Shown here one piece after another: positions 9,445 to 16,519 of a stretch of 16,519 bases of DNA. Position numbers and translations under genes: made by a program. How positions within the stretch are numbered: position 1 is the stretch's first letter; each line of letters opens with the position of its first letter. Under the pieces are notes generated by a model. It had not been told where the DNA came from and ran no database searches. It was given only the letters and a program-made list of their open reading frames with translations. The DNA comes from a virus (taxonomy: Duplodnaviria > Heunggongvirae > Uroviricota > Caudoviricetes): IMG/VR virus record IMGVR_UViG_2579778660_000005; one strand, given 5' to 3'.

Positions 9445-9840
9445 CTAACCTCGCATGTCAAAGCCAGATTTCTGAAAATCTCTGTAGACTTCCGGATTGT
9501 TGAAGGCCGGAAATTTGGCTTTATGAGCTGCGGACTTTATCGCTTCGCAATAGGCTTTATCACCGTTACTGGTAGATATTTTTAACGCCGTGCCATCCTG
9601 AGAGAATTCCATATGCAACCTGCATTTTTTCCCTTTCCAGTTATGCGGCTCATCAAGTTTGGCATTAATTGCAGCTCTGATTCCCCGCGCTTGCGCCCCC
9701 CATTCATCCTGATCATCCCAGCGTCCTGAACTGCAACTACCTGTAGCAGTAGTTTTGTGGCAATCTGAAGGGTGTAAAGGTGTGCATCCCGCAACAAAAC
9801 CGACCCAAAAAGTCAACATAACGATTTTCTTTAATCCCAC
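9445..9840 (-). CDS. Lipoprotein with diverged TolA domain III-like C-terminal domain (paralog 1)
   Basis: 131 aa; GTG start preceded by GGAG; signal peptide with lipobox VAGC; C-terminal part aligns with paralog 2 and with remembered TolA domain III. Confidence 0.75.
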   Translation of the reverse strand: MGLKKIVMLTFWVGFVAGCTPLHPSDCHKTTATGSCSSGRWDDQDEWGAQARGIRAAINAKLDEPHNWKGKKCRLHMEFSQDGTALKISTSNGDKAYCEAIKSAAHKAKFPAFNNPEVYRDFQKSGFDMRG

Positions 9841-9990
9841 TTCTTGCTCCTCAATCCATTAAAATCTCAGCAATAGTAGTTGTTACGTCCGCCACTGGCT
9901 CAGAGCTGACTATCCGCTAAATTTAGCTCAGTGCCGTAGTTGTGTCAGAACAAACCTAAGCCGAAACCGTTTATTACAAAACAATAAATA

Positions 9991-10419
9991 TCAGGGTTTA
10001 AAATCCAGCACCCCATTTTGAAATACTTTATATACTTCCGGCGAAGGGGGGGCAGGTATATCAGCATTCTTTATCGCATTCATCGCTTCACGACATAAAT
10101 CGAGGTCTCCACTTTCTCTTTTAACCTCCAGTAGAAGGCCATTCGGGGCCATATGCATTCTCAGTGTACACTCTTTTCCTGAATACTTACTCGCATCCCC
10201 GAACTGTTTTTCGATGGCGCTCTTGATTTGATGGGCATACAGACGGATATCCTCACTAACATCAGAAGTACGTTCAGATGAACTCACATACTGTGTCTCT
10301 ATTGCTTTATCGGAGTAATATGATGTACGGTCATGATAATTTGTCGATACAGCATCAGTGCACCCGATAATAATCCCACTAATAATCAACGTAAGAATTG
10401 ATGCGCTACGAAAACCCAT
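9991..10419 (-). CDS. Lipoprotein with TolA domain III-like C-terminal domain (paralog 2)
   Basis: 142 aa; ATG preceded by GAGG; lipobox IIGC; C-terminal 86 aa (YAHQIKSAIEKQF...GKECTLRMHMAPNGLLLEVK...IPAPPSPEVYKVFQNGVLDFKP) about 60 percent identical by eye to the remembered E. coli TolA C-terminus. Confidence 0.8.
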   Translation of the reverse strand: MGFRSASILTLIISGIIIGCTDAVSTNYHDRTSYYSDKAIETQYVSSSERTSDVSEDIRLYAHQIKSAIEKQFGDASKYSGKECTLRMHMAPNGLLLEVKRESGDLDLCREAMNAIKNADIPAPPSPEVYKVFQNGVLDFKP

Positions 10420-10448
10420 TTTTCCTCACATATGTCATATAGTAAAGG

Positions 10449-10454
10449 ATTATA
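10449..10454 (-). promoter_or_regulatory. Candidate -10 element (TATAAT) for the lipoprotein genes
   Basis: Perfect TATAAT on the minus strand about 30 bp upstream of the paralog-2 start; -35 is weak. Confidence 0.3.
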
Positions 10455-10952
10455 TATACCGTTGTTTTGGACGCTCAAACAGCGAATCAGATCAAATAAA
10501 ACGCACATTTGTTAACATTTACACAAAGTCTGCGTGGGATATTCTGAAAGAATATCCATAATGTGGAGAGAATCTATTGAAGTGCATGGTGCCGGGTGCC
10601 TCCCGGTGAATTCAGTACCAGCACCTGAATCCGCGATTATCCCATATACCTACTCGCTGATTGCCCCTCCGCACAGGGGGATTCACCATGCCAGTTTCTT
10701 TTAACAAACTCCCCGCAAACCAGAGAACAGTCAACCGCCTGAATTGTGAAGTATTTAAAAATTTCTCCCGCTAACTGATACCCGGCTAACAGTCTGGCGT
10801 TTTCTTTTTCAGCAACGGGAAAGCAACAACCACCACACCCGCCACCAGCACACCGTCAGCCAGCACTGACATTATCCGGCTGCTGCAATGCCATTCACAA
10901 AAACAGTAAGCAATCACTTTTTACCGTAACAGGTGATAATCCAGATATGTAT

Positions 10953-11306
10953 CTACCCCAGATGAGTAATCCGAAGTTCATCCATACCACAGGTCCTGGC
11001 TATTCTGTTGTACTCCTGAACAAGAGCAAATAATTCTGAATTAGCAACCATGAACTCATCGCAAACCCTCTGTATAGCATCACTATTCAGAATAATAACG
11101 TCTCTTCCCGAAAGACGATCAGGAGCACAGAACAAAACTGTCAAACGGCTGAAGGCCTTTGCTCGTGCTGCATTGACTATATCAATACGCTGCCTAAGGA
11201 TGAAACACCCCGACGCCTCATCAATATTCACTCTACCCACACCATATGAATGATAAATATTTAATGCTGAAAAAACCATTAGACCGTATAACAAACACTC
11301 AATCAA
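10953..11306 (-). CDS. Hypothetical protein (117 aa, TTG start; possible cargo gene)
   Basis: Long ORF in an AT-rich stretch, same orientation as the late operon, directly downstream of the tRNAs; no recognised motif; start codon uncertain. Confidence 0.35.
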   Translation of the reverse strand: MIECLLYGLMVFSALNIYHSYGVGRVNIDEASGCFILRQRIDIVNAARAKAFSRLTVLFCAPDRLSGRDVIILNSDAIQRVCDEFMVANSELFALVQEYNRIARTCGMDELRITHLG

Positions 11307-11416
11307 TACTTAACAGAACTTTTATTTTTGACAAACATATAATATTTTCAACAATATCCTGAGCCAGGTATATTCCAGTATAAGGCTCTGCCGGAAGGAA
11401 TCTGGAAGAATGAATA

Positions 11417-11493
11417 TGGCGCGCTGTACTGGATTCGAACCAGTGACCGATTGCTTAGAAGGCAATTGCTCTGTCCGGCTGAGCTAACAACGC
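11417..11493 (-). tRNA. argO: tRNA-Arg (anticodon UCU)
   Basis: 77-nt cloverleaf folded by hand: acceptor GCGUUGU/ACAGCGC, D-stem GCUC/GAGC, anticodon stem AUUGC/GCAAU with loop CUUCUAA, T-arm ACUGG-UUCGAAU-CCAGU, 3' CCA. Confidence 0.9.
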
Positions 11494-11597
11494 TGAATAC
11501 CGATAATGGACCGCCATCGGGGACCCGCCCCCCCCCGCACCAACAACCCTGTTATCGTGTCGTCTGCTCTTCCTGATAAGCTCATGGCGGTTTGTGA

Positions 11598-11673
11598 TGG
11601 TGGCCCTTGCTGGATTTGAACCAGCGACCTGGCGATTATGAGTCGCTCGCTCTCACCACTGAGCTAAAGGACC
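11598..11673 (-). tRNA. ileZ: tRNA with CAU anticodon (Ile2-like or Met)
   Basis: 76-nt cloverleaf: acceptor GGUCCUU/AAGGGCC, D-stem GCUC/GAGC, anticodon loop CUCAUAA, T-arm GCUGG-UUCAAAU-CCAGC, 3' CCA; one mismatch at the top of the anticodon stem. Confidence 0.8.
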
Positions 11674-11712
11674 GGGAGCAGAATAATAACGGTCCGTAAT
11701 TAATTCCGCAAT

Positions 11713-11736
11713 AAAAAACCCGCTCGGTGGCGGGTT
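11713..11736 (-). terminator. Rho-independent terminator downstream of Q (tR'-like)
   Basis: Minus-strand AACCCGC-CACCGA-GCGGGTT stem-loop followed by a U-tract. Confidence 0.6.
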
Positions 11737-11783
11737 GTAGAAACTCTTCTAACGTCAGGCATAAAACGCCCATCTTTATGACG

Positions 11784-11811
11784 AATTTACCACAGATTCC
11801 GGAAAAATCAA
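11784..11811 (-). promoter_or_regulatory. Late promoter pR'-like (-35 TTGATT, 16-nt spacer, -10 TAAATT)
   Basis: Lies immediately after the Q stop codon; remembered lambda pR' is TTGACT/TAAATT in the same position relative to Q. Confidence 0.5.
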
Positions 11812-11816
11812 CCTTG

Positions 11817-12638
11817 TTACCTAGTTACCTTTTTTAACTGCCGCTCAGCCCATGCTTCTTCAATATCAAACCGGGTCACCAGCGCATCATAGAATTTCTT
11901 AACTGTTTTTTCCCATGACGCGCGTGTTATCTGGTTTGTCACCTCGCATATAGCATTAAATGCCTCCGTTGATGGTAGTCTTTCATAGCCCCGACCACCA
12001 CAACGCTGGCAGTCTCTGATAACAGGCATACCACGTTTTACCGACTCTTCACGGTGAATGGCGACACCACGCCCACGGCAATCCTTACAGGCGGTGGAAA
12101 CCTCACCCTTTCCGCCACACTCCGGACAGGCAACTTTTACCACCTCCCTGACTTTTTTCCATTCTTCCCAGTAAGACGGATACACACCTTTCGTACACTT
12201 TGCCCATACCGGCGGCTTACCATCCGGATACTGGACCTTGTTTGTAAAAACTACGCTTTCAATAAATTTTTCCCCATAGCAACAAGGGCACTGCTTTTTA
12301 CTCGCTGCGCTGCGGGCATAATCCTCAAAAGCGTACGAAGCCATAATGCGCATCACTAACGGTTTTATTTCTGCCGGAAGTTTTCTCAACGCCGCCACAC
12401 GATCGCACCGACTGAGTGCATAATCTGCCAGTAATTCTGTTGCCCGCGCCCTGTCATTCATACTGATGCCCATTTTCCCCAGGAACGCAGAAAATCCCAT
12501 CTCAGCCCGATTCTGTGTCATGCCCTGCGCGGCCATCACATCAGTGATACTCAGCGCATCTTTTGACGTTGAGGCCGATGCATCGGTCAGGCCAGGGGAT
12601 TTTGGGGAGTAGTATTTCGGTAAATCTTCCAGTTTCAT
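11817..12638 (-). CDS. quuQ: Late-gene antitermination protein Q (lambda Q family)
   Basis: 273 aa; shares with remembered lambda Q the blocks SPKSP...TDVMAA.GM, CxxC-GxG zinc motifs (CKDCRGRG, CQRCGGRGY) and TVK..YDALV. Confidence 0.9.
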   Translation of the reverse strand: MKLEDLPKYYSPKSPGLTDASASTSKDALSITDVMAAQGMTQNRAEMGFSAFLGKMGISMNDRARATELLADYALSRCDRVAALRKLPAEIKPLVMRIMASYAFEDYARSAASKKQCPCCYGEKFIESVVFTNKVQYPDGKPPVWAKCTKGVYPSYWEEWKKVREVVKVACPECGGKGEVSTACKDCRGRGVAIHREESVKRGMPVIRDCQRCGGRGYERLPSTEAFNAICEVTNQITRASWEKTVKKFYDALVTRFDIEEAWAERQLKKVTR

Positions 12639-13009
12639 TTTTTGACCTGCTCTTCATGCATTATGGGGTAAATCTTCACCCCCAGACGTCCACCAGATAC
12701 TGGCTGACCACGAACGATATTGATTTCATCAAACTGCTCATCGTCCATTAACACTCCCGCATGCGTCAGCGCATCCAGCGGTGCTTTCAGGATATTGTCC
12801 AGGTCGCGACGACGCTTATCCGGTGGCTCTGCAATCACCTTTATCGCCAGCCTTCCGGACAGGCTTAATTTCAGCCGCTGCTGGCGAACAATAAGCGCCA
12901 CAGCCCGGCGATAACGCTTTCCCTCCTCCGAGATAAAATATGTGCTGCCACGGCGTCGCCAGTAAGTGTTCACCGTCGGCGGGTAAGGTAAAACCAAATC
13001 TATGAGCAT
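12635..13009 (-). CDS. rusA: Holliday junction resolvase RusA
   Basis: 124 aa with RusA-like blocks LPYPPTVNTYWRR and DKRRRDLDN..K...DALT; ATGA overlap with the Q start. Confidence 0.85.
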   Translation of the reverse strand: MLIDLVLPYPPTVNTYWRRRGSTYFISEEGKRYRRAVALIVRQQRLKLSLSGRLAIKVIAEPPDKRRRDLDNILKAPLDALTHAGVLMDDEQFDEINIVRGQPVSGGRLGVKIYPIMHEEQVKK

Positions 13010-13021
13010 CAGTCACCTCTT

Positions 13022-14026
13022 TTACCCAAGCACGCCAGTTGCAAAGGCGTGATCAAGAAAACGAAAAATTAAATCAACCTGAGAACCATGCTTTTCTTCG
13101 AACGCCAGAGGATCCGCATGAAACTCGTTGTGATGCTCCCGACACAGCGGTAGCGTGAAAATATCGTGAGATTTTGTCCCCATTCCGCCCTGACCATGAC
13201 CAATCAGGTGATGGGGATCGTCGGCTGGCTTACCACAACACGCACACGGCTGTGTCTTCACCCAGCGTGTGTATTTCTCGTTAACCCAGCGGCGACGTTT
13301 AGGTCGTTTCATGAAAGATTCCGGAGACTCAGGATCAACGGCAATGCTGACCACCGTCTTTTCCTGTGGTGGGTTCTGTTGCTGGTGGGCGTGAGGCAGC
13401 GGCGCAAGATTTTTTGTGCGCTGTTTCAGTATGCTGGTGGCGGTCTGCTCTCCCGGTACGATGTCGCTTTCACGGTACATTGAGCGGATTTTTTCCGCAC
13501 GCAACCCCAGCGAACCACGTAATACCGCTTCCGGTAGCGCGTCCGCCACCTGATTGCGGACCGCCCACCAGGATAATTCAGCCAAAGATAATTCACGCTC
13601 CTGCGTACCGCTTATTGCGTGACCGATGACGTCAATCATCCATGCTGACAGGTTTTGATGAGCAAGTTGCTCGAGTGATTCGGATGTCTGGTCACGCAGC
13701 TGGTTGTCGCAGTGCCAGCACAACACCATTGCGCCGGTACCATAACGGTGAATGACGGTTTCGCTGTGATGATAATCGCCGTGTGGCCACTGGCAGGATT
13801 TAATATGGCGCAACAGCCAGTCAGACAATGCACCAGCACCACCAGCAGCACGAATTACCCGTGCGTTACTGAAAAACGGCAGCAATGTTTTGTCTTCCAC
13901 CAGCGGCTGGCGAACGGCAGGAACGACCCCGGACGGCAGATTACGCATGCTTTTCGGTTCCGGCTCCACCAGTACCCGGGTATTGTGGAATACCGGCATG
14001 GATTCACGGCCCGGCTTAACGACCAC
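13022..14026 (-). CDS. ydfU: DUF968 protein with C-terminal HNH-like Cys/His motif (YdfU-like); start uncertain
   Basis: 334 aa; C-terminal CACCGKPADDPHHLIGHGQGGMGTKSHD...CREHHNEFH; track start is GTG, an ATG lies at 13999. Confidence 0.7.
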   Translation of the reverse strand: MVVKPGRESMPVFHNTRVLVEPEPKSMRNLPSGVVPAVRQPLVEDKTLLPFFSNARVIRAAGGAGALSDWLLRHIKSCQWPHGDYHHSETVIHRYGTGAMVLCWHCDNQLRDQTSESLEQLAHQNLSAWMIDVIGHAISGTQERELSLAELSWWAVRNQVADALPEAVLRGSLGLRAEKIRSMYRESDIVPGEQTATSILKQRTKNLAPLPHAHQQQNPPQEKTVVSIAVDPESPESFMKRPKRRRWVNEKYTRWVKTQPCACCGKPADDPHHLIGHGQGGMGTKSHDIFTLPLCREHHNEFHADPLAFEEKHGSQVDLIFRFLDHAFATGVLG

Positions 14027-14321
14027 CAGCCCGAGTTCCGGTAGCCTCCATAATTGCAGGCACTAGCGCCGTGAACTTTTCACGCTTATCCCTGGTGTCG
14101 ATAGCCTTCCAGCGTTCGAATATCTTCACTCGATTAACGCCAAGCGCTCGCTGATCAACCGCGCCACCTTCATCTGTGACACGCTGAACATCGATGTTCG
14201 GGCGCTCTTTCAAAGCCCAGAATGCTTCAGTGATTAATATCGTCGCCTGCTCCTGTGTCATTCCTGGTCGACATATCCAGGCATCCAGAGCCTCACGAGC
14301 CTGTTCAGGAGTGATTTTCAT
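14016..14321 (-). CDS. Hypothetical phage protein (101 aa; possibly YdfX-like)
   Basis: ORF overlapping both neighbours in a compact operon downstream of the Cro-like gene; no recognised motif. Confidence 0.45.
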   Translation of the reverse strand: MKITPEQAREALDAWICRPGMTQEQATILITEAFWALKERPNIDVQRVTDEGGAVDQRALGVNRVKIFERWKAIDTRDKREKFTALVPAIMEATGTRAGGR

Positions 14322-14532
14322 TGTTCAACCGCCCCGCCCGCTTCGTCTTACGATATTCGTCATAAACCTTGGGATCATACAGAAGCTCGCCGCCAGATGC
14401 CTCCTGTAGACGCATCGCGCGACCTTCAGGAACCAGCTCTTGCCATTGAGAAACAGCAGATGGGTCAACGCCAGCAGCTTTCGCTACTTTGGCTTTCGTA
14501 CCGTAAAAATTAATTACGTCTGATTTAAACAT
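14305..14532 (-). CDS. dicC: Cro-like HTH regulator (DicC-like), 75 aa
   Basis: HTH-like segment GTKAKVAKAAGVDPSAVSQW; start taken at the internal ATG 14532 preceded by GGAGG; divergent from the repressor gene. Confidence 0.75.
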   Translation of the reverse strand: MFKSDVINFYGTKAKVAKAAGVDPSAVSQWQELVPEGRAMRLQEASGGELLYDPKVYDEYRKTKRAGRLNNENHS

Positions 14533-14545
14533 CGCACCTCCAGTA

Positions 14546-14559
14546 TTGAGTTTTCTCAA
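14546..14559. promoter_or_regulatory. Candidate DicA operator (TTGAGTTTTCTCAA) in the dicC-dicA divergent region
   Basis: Imperfect inverted repeat whose 10-mer AGTTTTCTCA recurs twice downstream of dicA. Confidence 0.45.
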
Positions 14560-14609
14560 TGCTAATCACTCAAGGAATCTCAAGTCAAGGGTTATTAAGA
14601 TATCTAAAT

Positions 14610-15017
14610 ATGAACGAGAAAACTTTAGGTCAACGCATTAGAGAAAGACGTAAGCAGGTAGGTTTAAGTCAAAACGGTTTAAGCAAAGCTGCTGGCGTAT
14701 CTGGCTCATCAATTTCATTATGGGAAAGTGACCATACAGCCCCGCGCGGGCAAAATTTGCATCGCCTCGCCGAGGTATTGCAATGTTCACCAACCTGGAT
14801 ACTGTTTGGCGACGAGGACAAAACACCAGCTCCCCCTGTTTCACTCGATAGTGCCTTAGACTTATCGGAAGATGAGTTAGAGATGCTGCGTTTGTATCGC
14901 GCACTTCCTAAATCAGAGCAACAAGCACAACTCAGCGAACTCCGCGCCCGCGTTGAGAATTTTAATCGCCTGTTCACCGAGCTATTAGAGGCTCGCAAAC
15001 GCAACAAGCATCAATAA
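14610..15017 (+). CDS. dicA: XRE-family HTH repressor (DicA-like), 135 aa
   Basis: Contains LQCSPTWILFGDEDK and a C-terminal region matching remembered DicA; start at ATG 14610, the 152-aa track ORF is an upstream extension. Confidence 0.88.
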   Translation: MNEKTLGQRIRERRKQVGLSQNGLSKAAGVSGSSISLWESDHTAPRGQNLHRLAEVLQCSPTWILFGDEDKTPAPPVSLDSALDLSEDELEMLRLYRALPKSEQQAQLSELRARVENFNRLFTELLEARKRNKHQ

Positions 15018-15081
15018 TCATCCCTTCACAAAATTTTAAAGCCTTACATTTCAATGTATTGGCTTTATCTTGCGTCAATAC

Positions 15082-15133
15082 TTGAGTTTTCTCATCAAAA
15101 AGCCTTGACGAAAAATAATGAGAAAACTAAATT
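15082..15133 (+). promoter_or_regulatory. Candidate operator-promoter for the ydfA operon
   Basis: -35 TTGACG (15105..15110), 17-nt spacer, -10 TAAATT (15128..15133); 10-mer AGTTTTCTCA at 15084..15093 and its reverse complement TGAGAAAACT at 15119..15128 inside the spacer. Confidence 0.45.
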
Positions 15134-15209
15134 ACCTCCATCAACACACCGCACGGTGTTCTCAGCAAACAGTTCCGCTACCCCGGCGTTAAGGGGAAAT
15201 GAGGTCAGC

Positions 15210-15365
15210 ATGGATACTATCGATCTTGGCAACAACGAATCTCTGGTGTACGGCGTGTTTCCAAACCAGGACGGCACGTTCACCGCAATGACGTATACCA
15301 AAAGCAAAACGTTTAAAACCGAAAATGGTGCCCGTCGCTGGCTGGAAAGAAACTCAGGTGAGTGA
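15210..15365 (+). CDS. ydfA: YdfA-like small protein (51 aa)
   Basis: ATG at 15210 preceded by AAGGGGAAATGAGG; protein MDTIDLGNNESLVYGVFPNQDG...; stop overlaps the next start. Confidence 0.7.
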   Translation: MDTIDLGNNESLVYGVFPNQDGTFTAMTYTKSKTFKTENGARRWLERNSGE

Positions 15366-15366
15366 T

Positions 15367-15798
15367 ATGGATTTCGACACAATCATGGAAAAGGCTTACG
15401 AAGAATACTTCGAAGGCCTTGCCGAAGGCGAAGAAGCTCTCAGCTTCAGTGAGTTTAAACAGGCACTCAGAATAAGAATGTGCTCTCACAATGACGCGGA
15501 GCACAAATATGAGAAGCAAAATCAGACCGCAGAAAATTTTGTTCTGGAACCCGGAGAAACGCTTTTCAAAATTCCCGTTACGTGCCCCATTTGCGGTTTT
15601 ACATCAGAAGAACTTGACGACTCCTGTAACAATCAGGAAACAACCAAGTATGTCGAAGATGATACCGAGTGCGCACGAAGAACGATTATATCCACGAGTC
15701 CAAACTCCAGAACCAATAAATCTCACTTTGAGAGGGTGATTAACCCACTAGACTGGCCCCCTGAATCTCCAGACAACCAGTATCACTTAAATAAGTGA
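15367..15798 (+). CDS. YdfB/YdfC-like protein with CPICGF motif; 3' end replaced by IS2 sequence
   Basis: 143-aa ORF starting [17 protein letters not shown]; its last about 16 codons and stop lie inside the IS2 left end that begins at 15749. Confidence 0.55.
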
Positions 15799-15839
15799 TA
15801 GTCTTAATACTAGTTTTTAGACTAGTCATTGGAGAACAG

Positions 15840-16205
15840 ATGATTGATGTCTTAGGGCCGGAGAAACGCAGACGGCGTACCACACAGGAAAAGATCGCAA
15901 TTGTTCAGCAGAGCTTTGAACCGGGGATGACGGTCTCCCTCGTTGCCCGGCAACATGGTGTAGCAGCCAGCCAGTTATTTCTCTGGCGTAAGCAATACCA
16001 GGAAGGAAGTCTTACTGCTGTCGCCGCCGGAGAACAGGTTGTTCCTGCCTCTGAACTTGCTGCCGCCATGAAGCAGATTAAAGAACTCCAGCGCCTGCTC
16101 GGCAAGAAAACGATGGAAAATGAACTCCTCAAAGAAGCCGTTGAATATGGACGGGCAAAAAAGTGGATAGCGCACGCGCCCTTATTGCCCGGGGATGGGG
16201 AGTAA
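15840..16205 (+). CDS. insC: IS2 transposase OrfA (InsC)
   Basis: 121 aa [56 protein letters not shown]... matches remembered InsC. Confidence 0.92.
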
Positions 16206-16519
16206 GCTTAGTCAGCCGTTGTCTCCGGGTGTCGCGTGCGCAGTTGCACGTCATTCTCAGACGAACCGATGACTGGATGGATGGCCGCCGCAGTCGTCAC
16301 ACTGATGATACGGATGTGCTTCTCCGTATACACCATGTTATCGGAGAGCTGCCCACGTATGGTTATCGTCGGGTATGGGCGCTGCTTCGCAGACAGGCAG
16401 AACTTGATGGTATGCCTGCGATCAATGCCAAACGTGTTTACCGGATCATGCGCCAGAATGCGCTGTTGCTTGAGCGAAAACCTGCTGTACCGCCATCGAA
16501 ACGGGCACATACAGGCAGA
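16163..16519 (+). CDS. insD: IS2 transposase OrfB (InsD), 5' part only, in the -1 frame relative to insC
   Basis: Translation (V/M)[45 protein letters not shown]... matches remembered InsD; slippery heptamer A-AAA-AAG at 16157..16163. Confidence 0.85.

Larger units (their letters stand above)
15749..16519 (+). mobile_element. IS2 insertion sequence, left end and about 770 bp (continues past the window)
   Basis: Left terminal repeat TAGACTGGCCCCCTGAATCTCCAGACAACC... matches the remembered IS2 end; followed by insC and insD. Confidence 0.9.

Noticed and set aside
9582-10561. ORFs 9582..9797 and 10358..10561
   Set aside because: Alternate-frame or antisense overlaps of the lipoprotein genes
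11050-11253. Plus-strand 67-aa ORF
   Set aside because: Antisense to the 117-aa ORF, no RBS
11494-11597. Possible third tRNA between the two tRNAs
   Set aside because: No acceptor/T-arm pairing or GTTCGAATC-like T-loop found by hand; contains only the C9 tract
12054-14409. ORFs 12054..12359, 12563..12751, 12720..12914, 12816..13016, 13166..13483, 13366..13629, 13636..13851, 13712..14044 and 14194..14409
   Set aside because: All overlap Q, RusA, DUF968 or the 101-aa gene in other frames; no independent support
14559-14609. N-terminal extensions of DicA (152 aa) and DicC (84 aa)
   Set aside because: Extensions would overlap each other and the operator region; internal ATGs give sizes matching the DicA/DicC family and DicC has a GGAGG RBS
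14638-15007. Minus-strand ORFs 14638..14904 and 14669..15007
   Set aside because: Antisense to the DicA-like repressor gene
15054-15739. 103-aa and 157-aa extended ORFs, and ORFs 15095..15382, 15313..15519 and 15491..15739
   Set aside because: Real starts are the RBS-preceded ATGs at 15210 and 15367; the rest are overlapping shadow ORFs
15905-16510. Minus-strand ORFs 15905..16132, 15975..16175 and 16208..16510
   Set aside because: Antisense to IS2 insC/insD
1-16519. CRISPR array, toxin-antitoxin pair (relBE/hok-like) or DicF sRNA
   Set aside because: No spaced direct-repeat array seen; no Hok/RelE-like ORFs; the remembered DicF sequence was not found on either strand

Overview
This window reads as a defective lambdoid prophage of the Escherichia/Shigella Qin type, with the late operon on the minus strand. 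All calls are from reading the sequence and remembered protein families; no searches were run. Left to right: a host MFS transporter gene (ydfJ-like, 1..1284, minus) with a short N-terminus; a ydfK-like small gene; a Pin serine invertase with an adjacent tail-fibre assembly gene and a tail-fibre C-terminal fragment; a deletion scar where a frameshifted Nu1-like small-terminase remnant runs in frame into a lambda tail L fragment (3882..5831); a cos-like site; a ydfO-like cargo gene; a complete phage-21-style lysis cassette (pinholin with dual start, SAR endolysin, Rz with embedded Rz1, 7609..9193); a cargo region holding two tandem lipoproteins whose C-terminal domains resemble TolA domain III; two tRNAs (Arg-UCU and CAU); a lambda-like late promoter and terminator unit; Q antiterminator, RusA, a DUF968/HNH-like protein; a divergent DicC(Cro-like)/DicA(repressor) immunity pair with repeated operator motifs; ydfA and a ydfB/C-like gene cut by the left end of IS2 (15749 to window end). 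Head, tail, replication and N genes are absent. The most interesting candidate is the pair of TolA-III-like lipoprotein genes sitting where Stx toxin genes sit in Stx phages, apparently with their own promoter and terminator.
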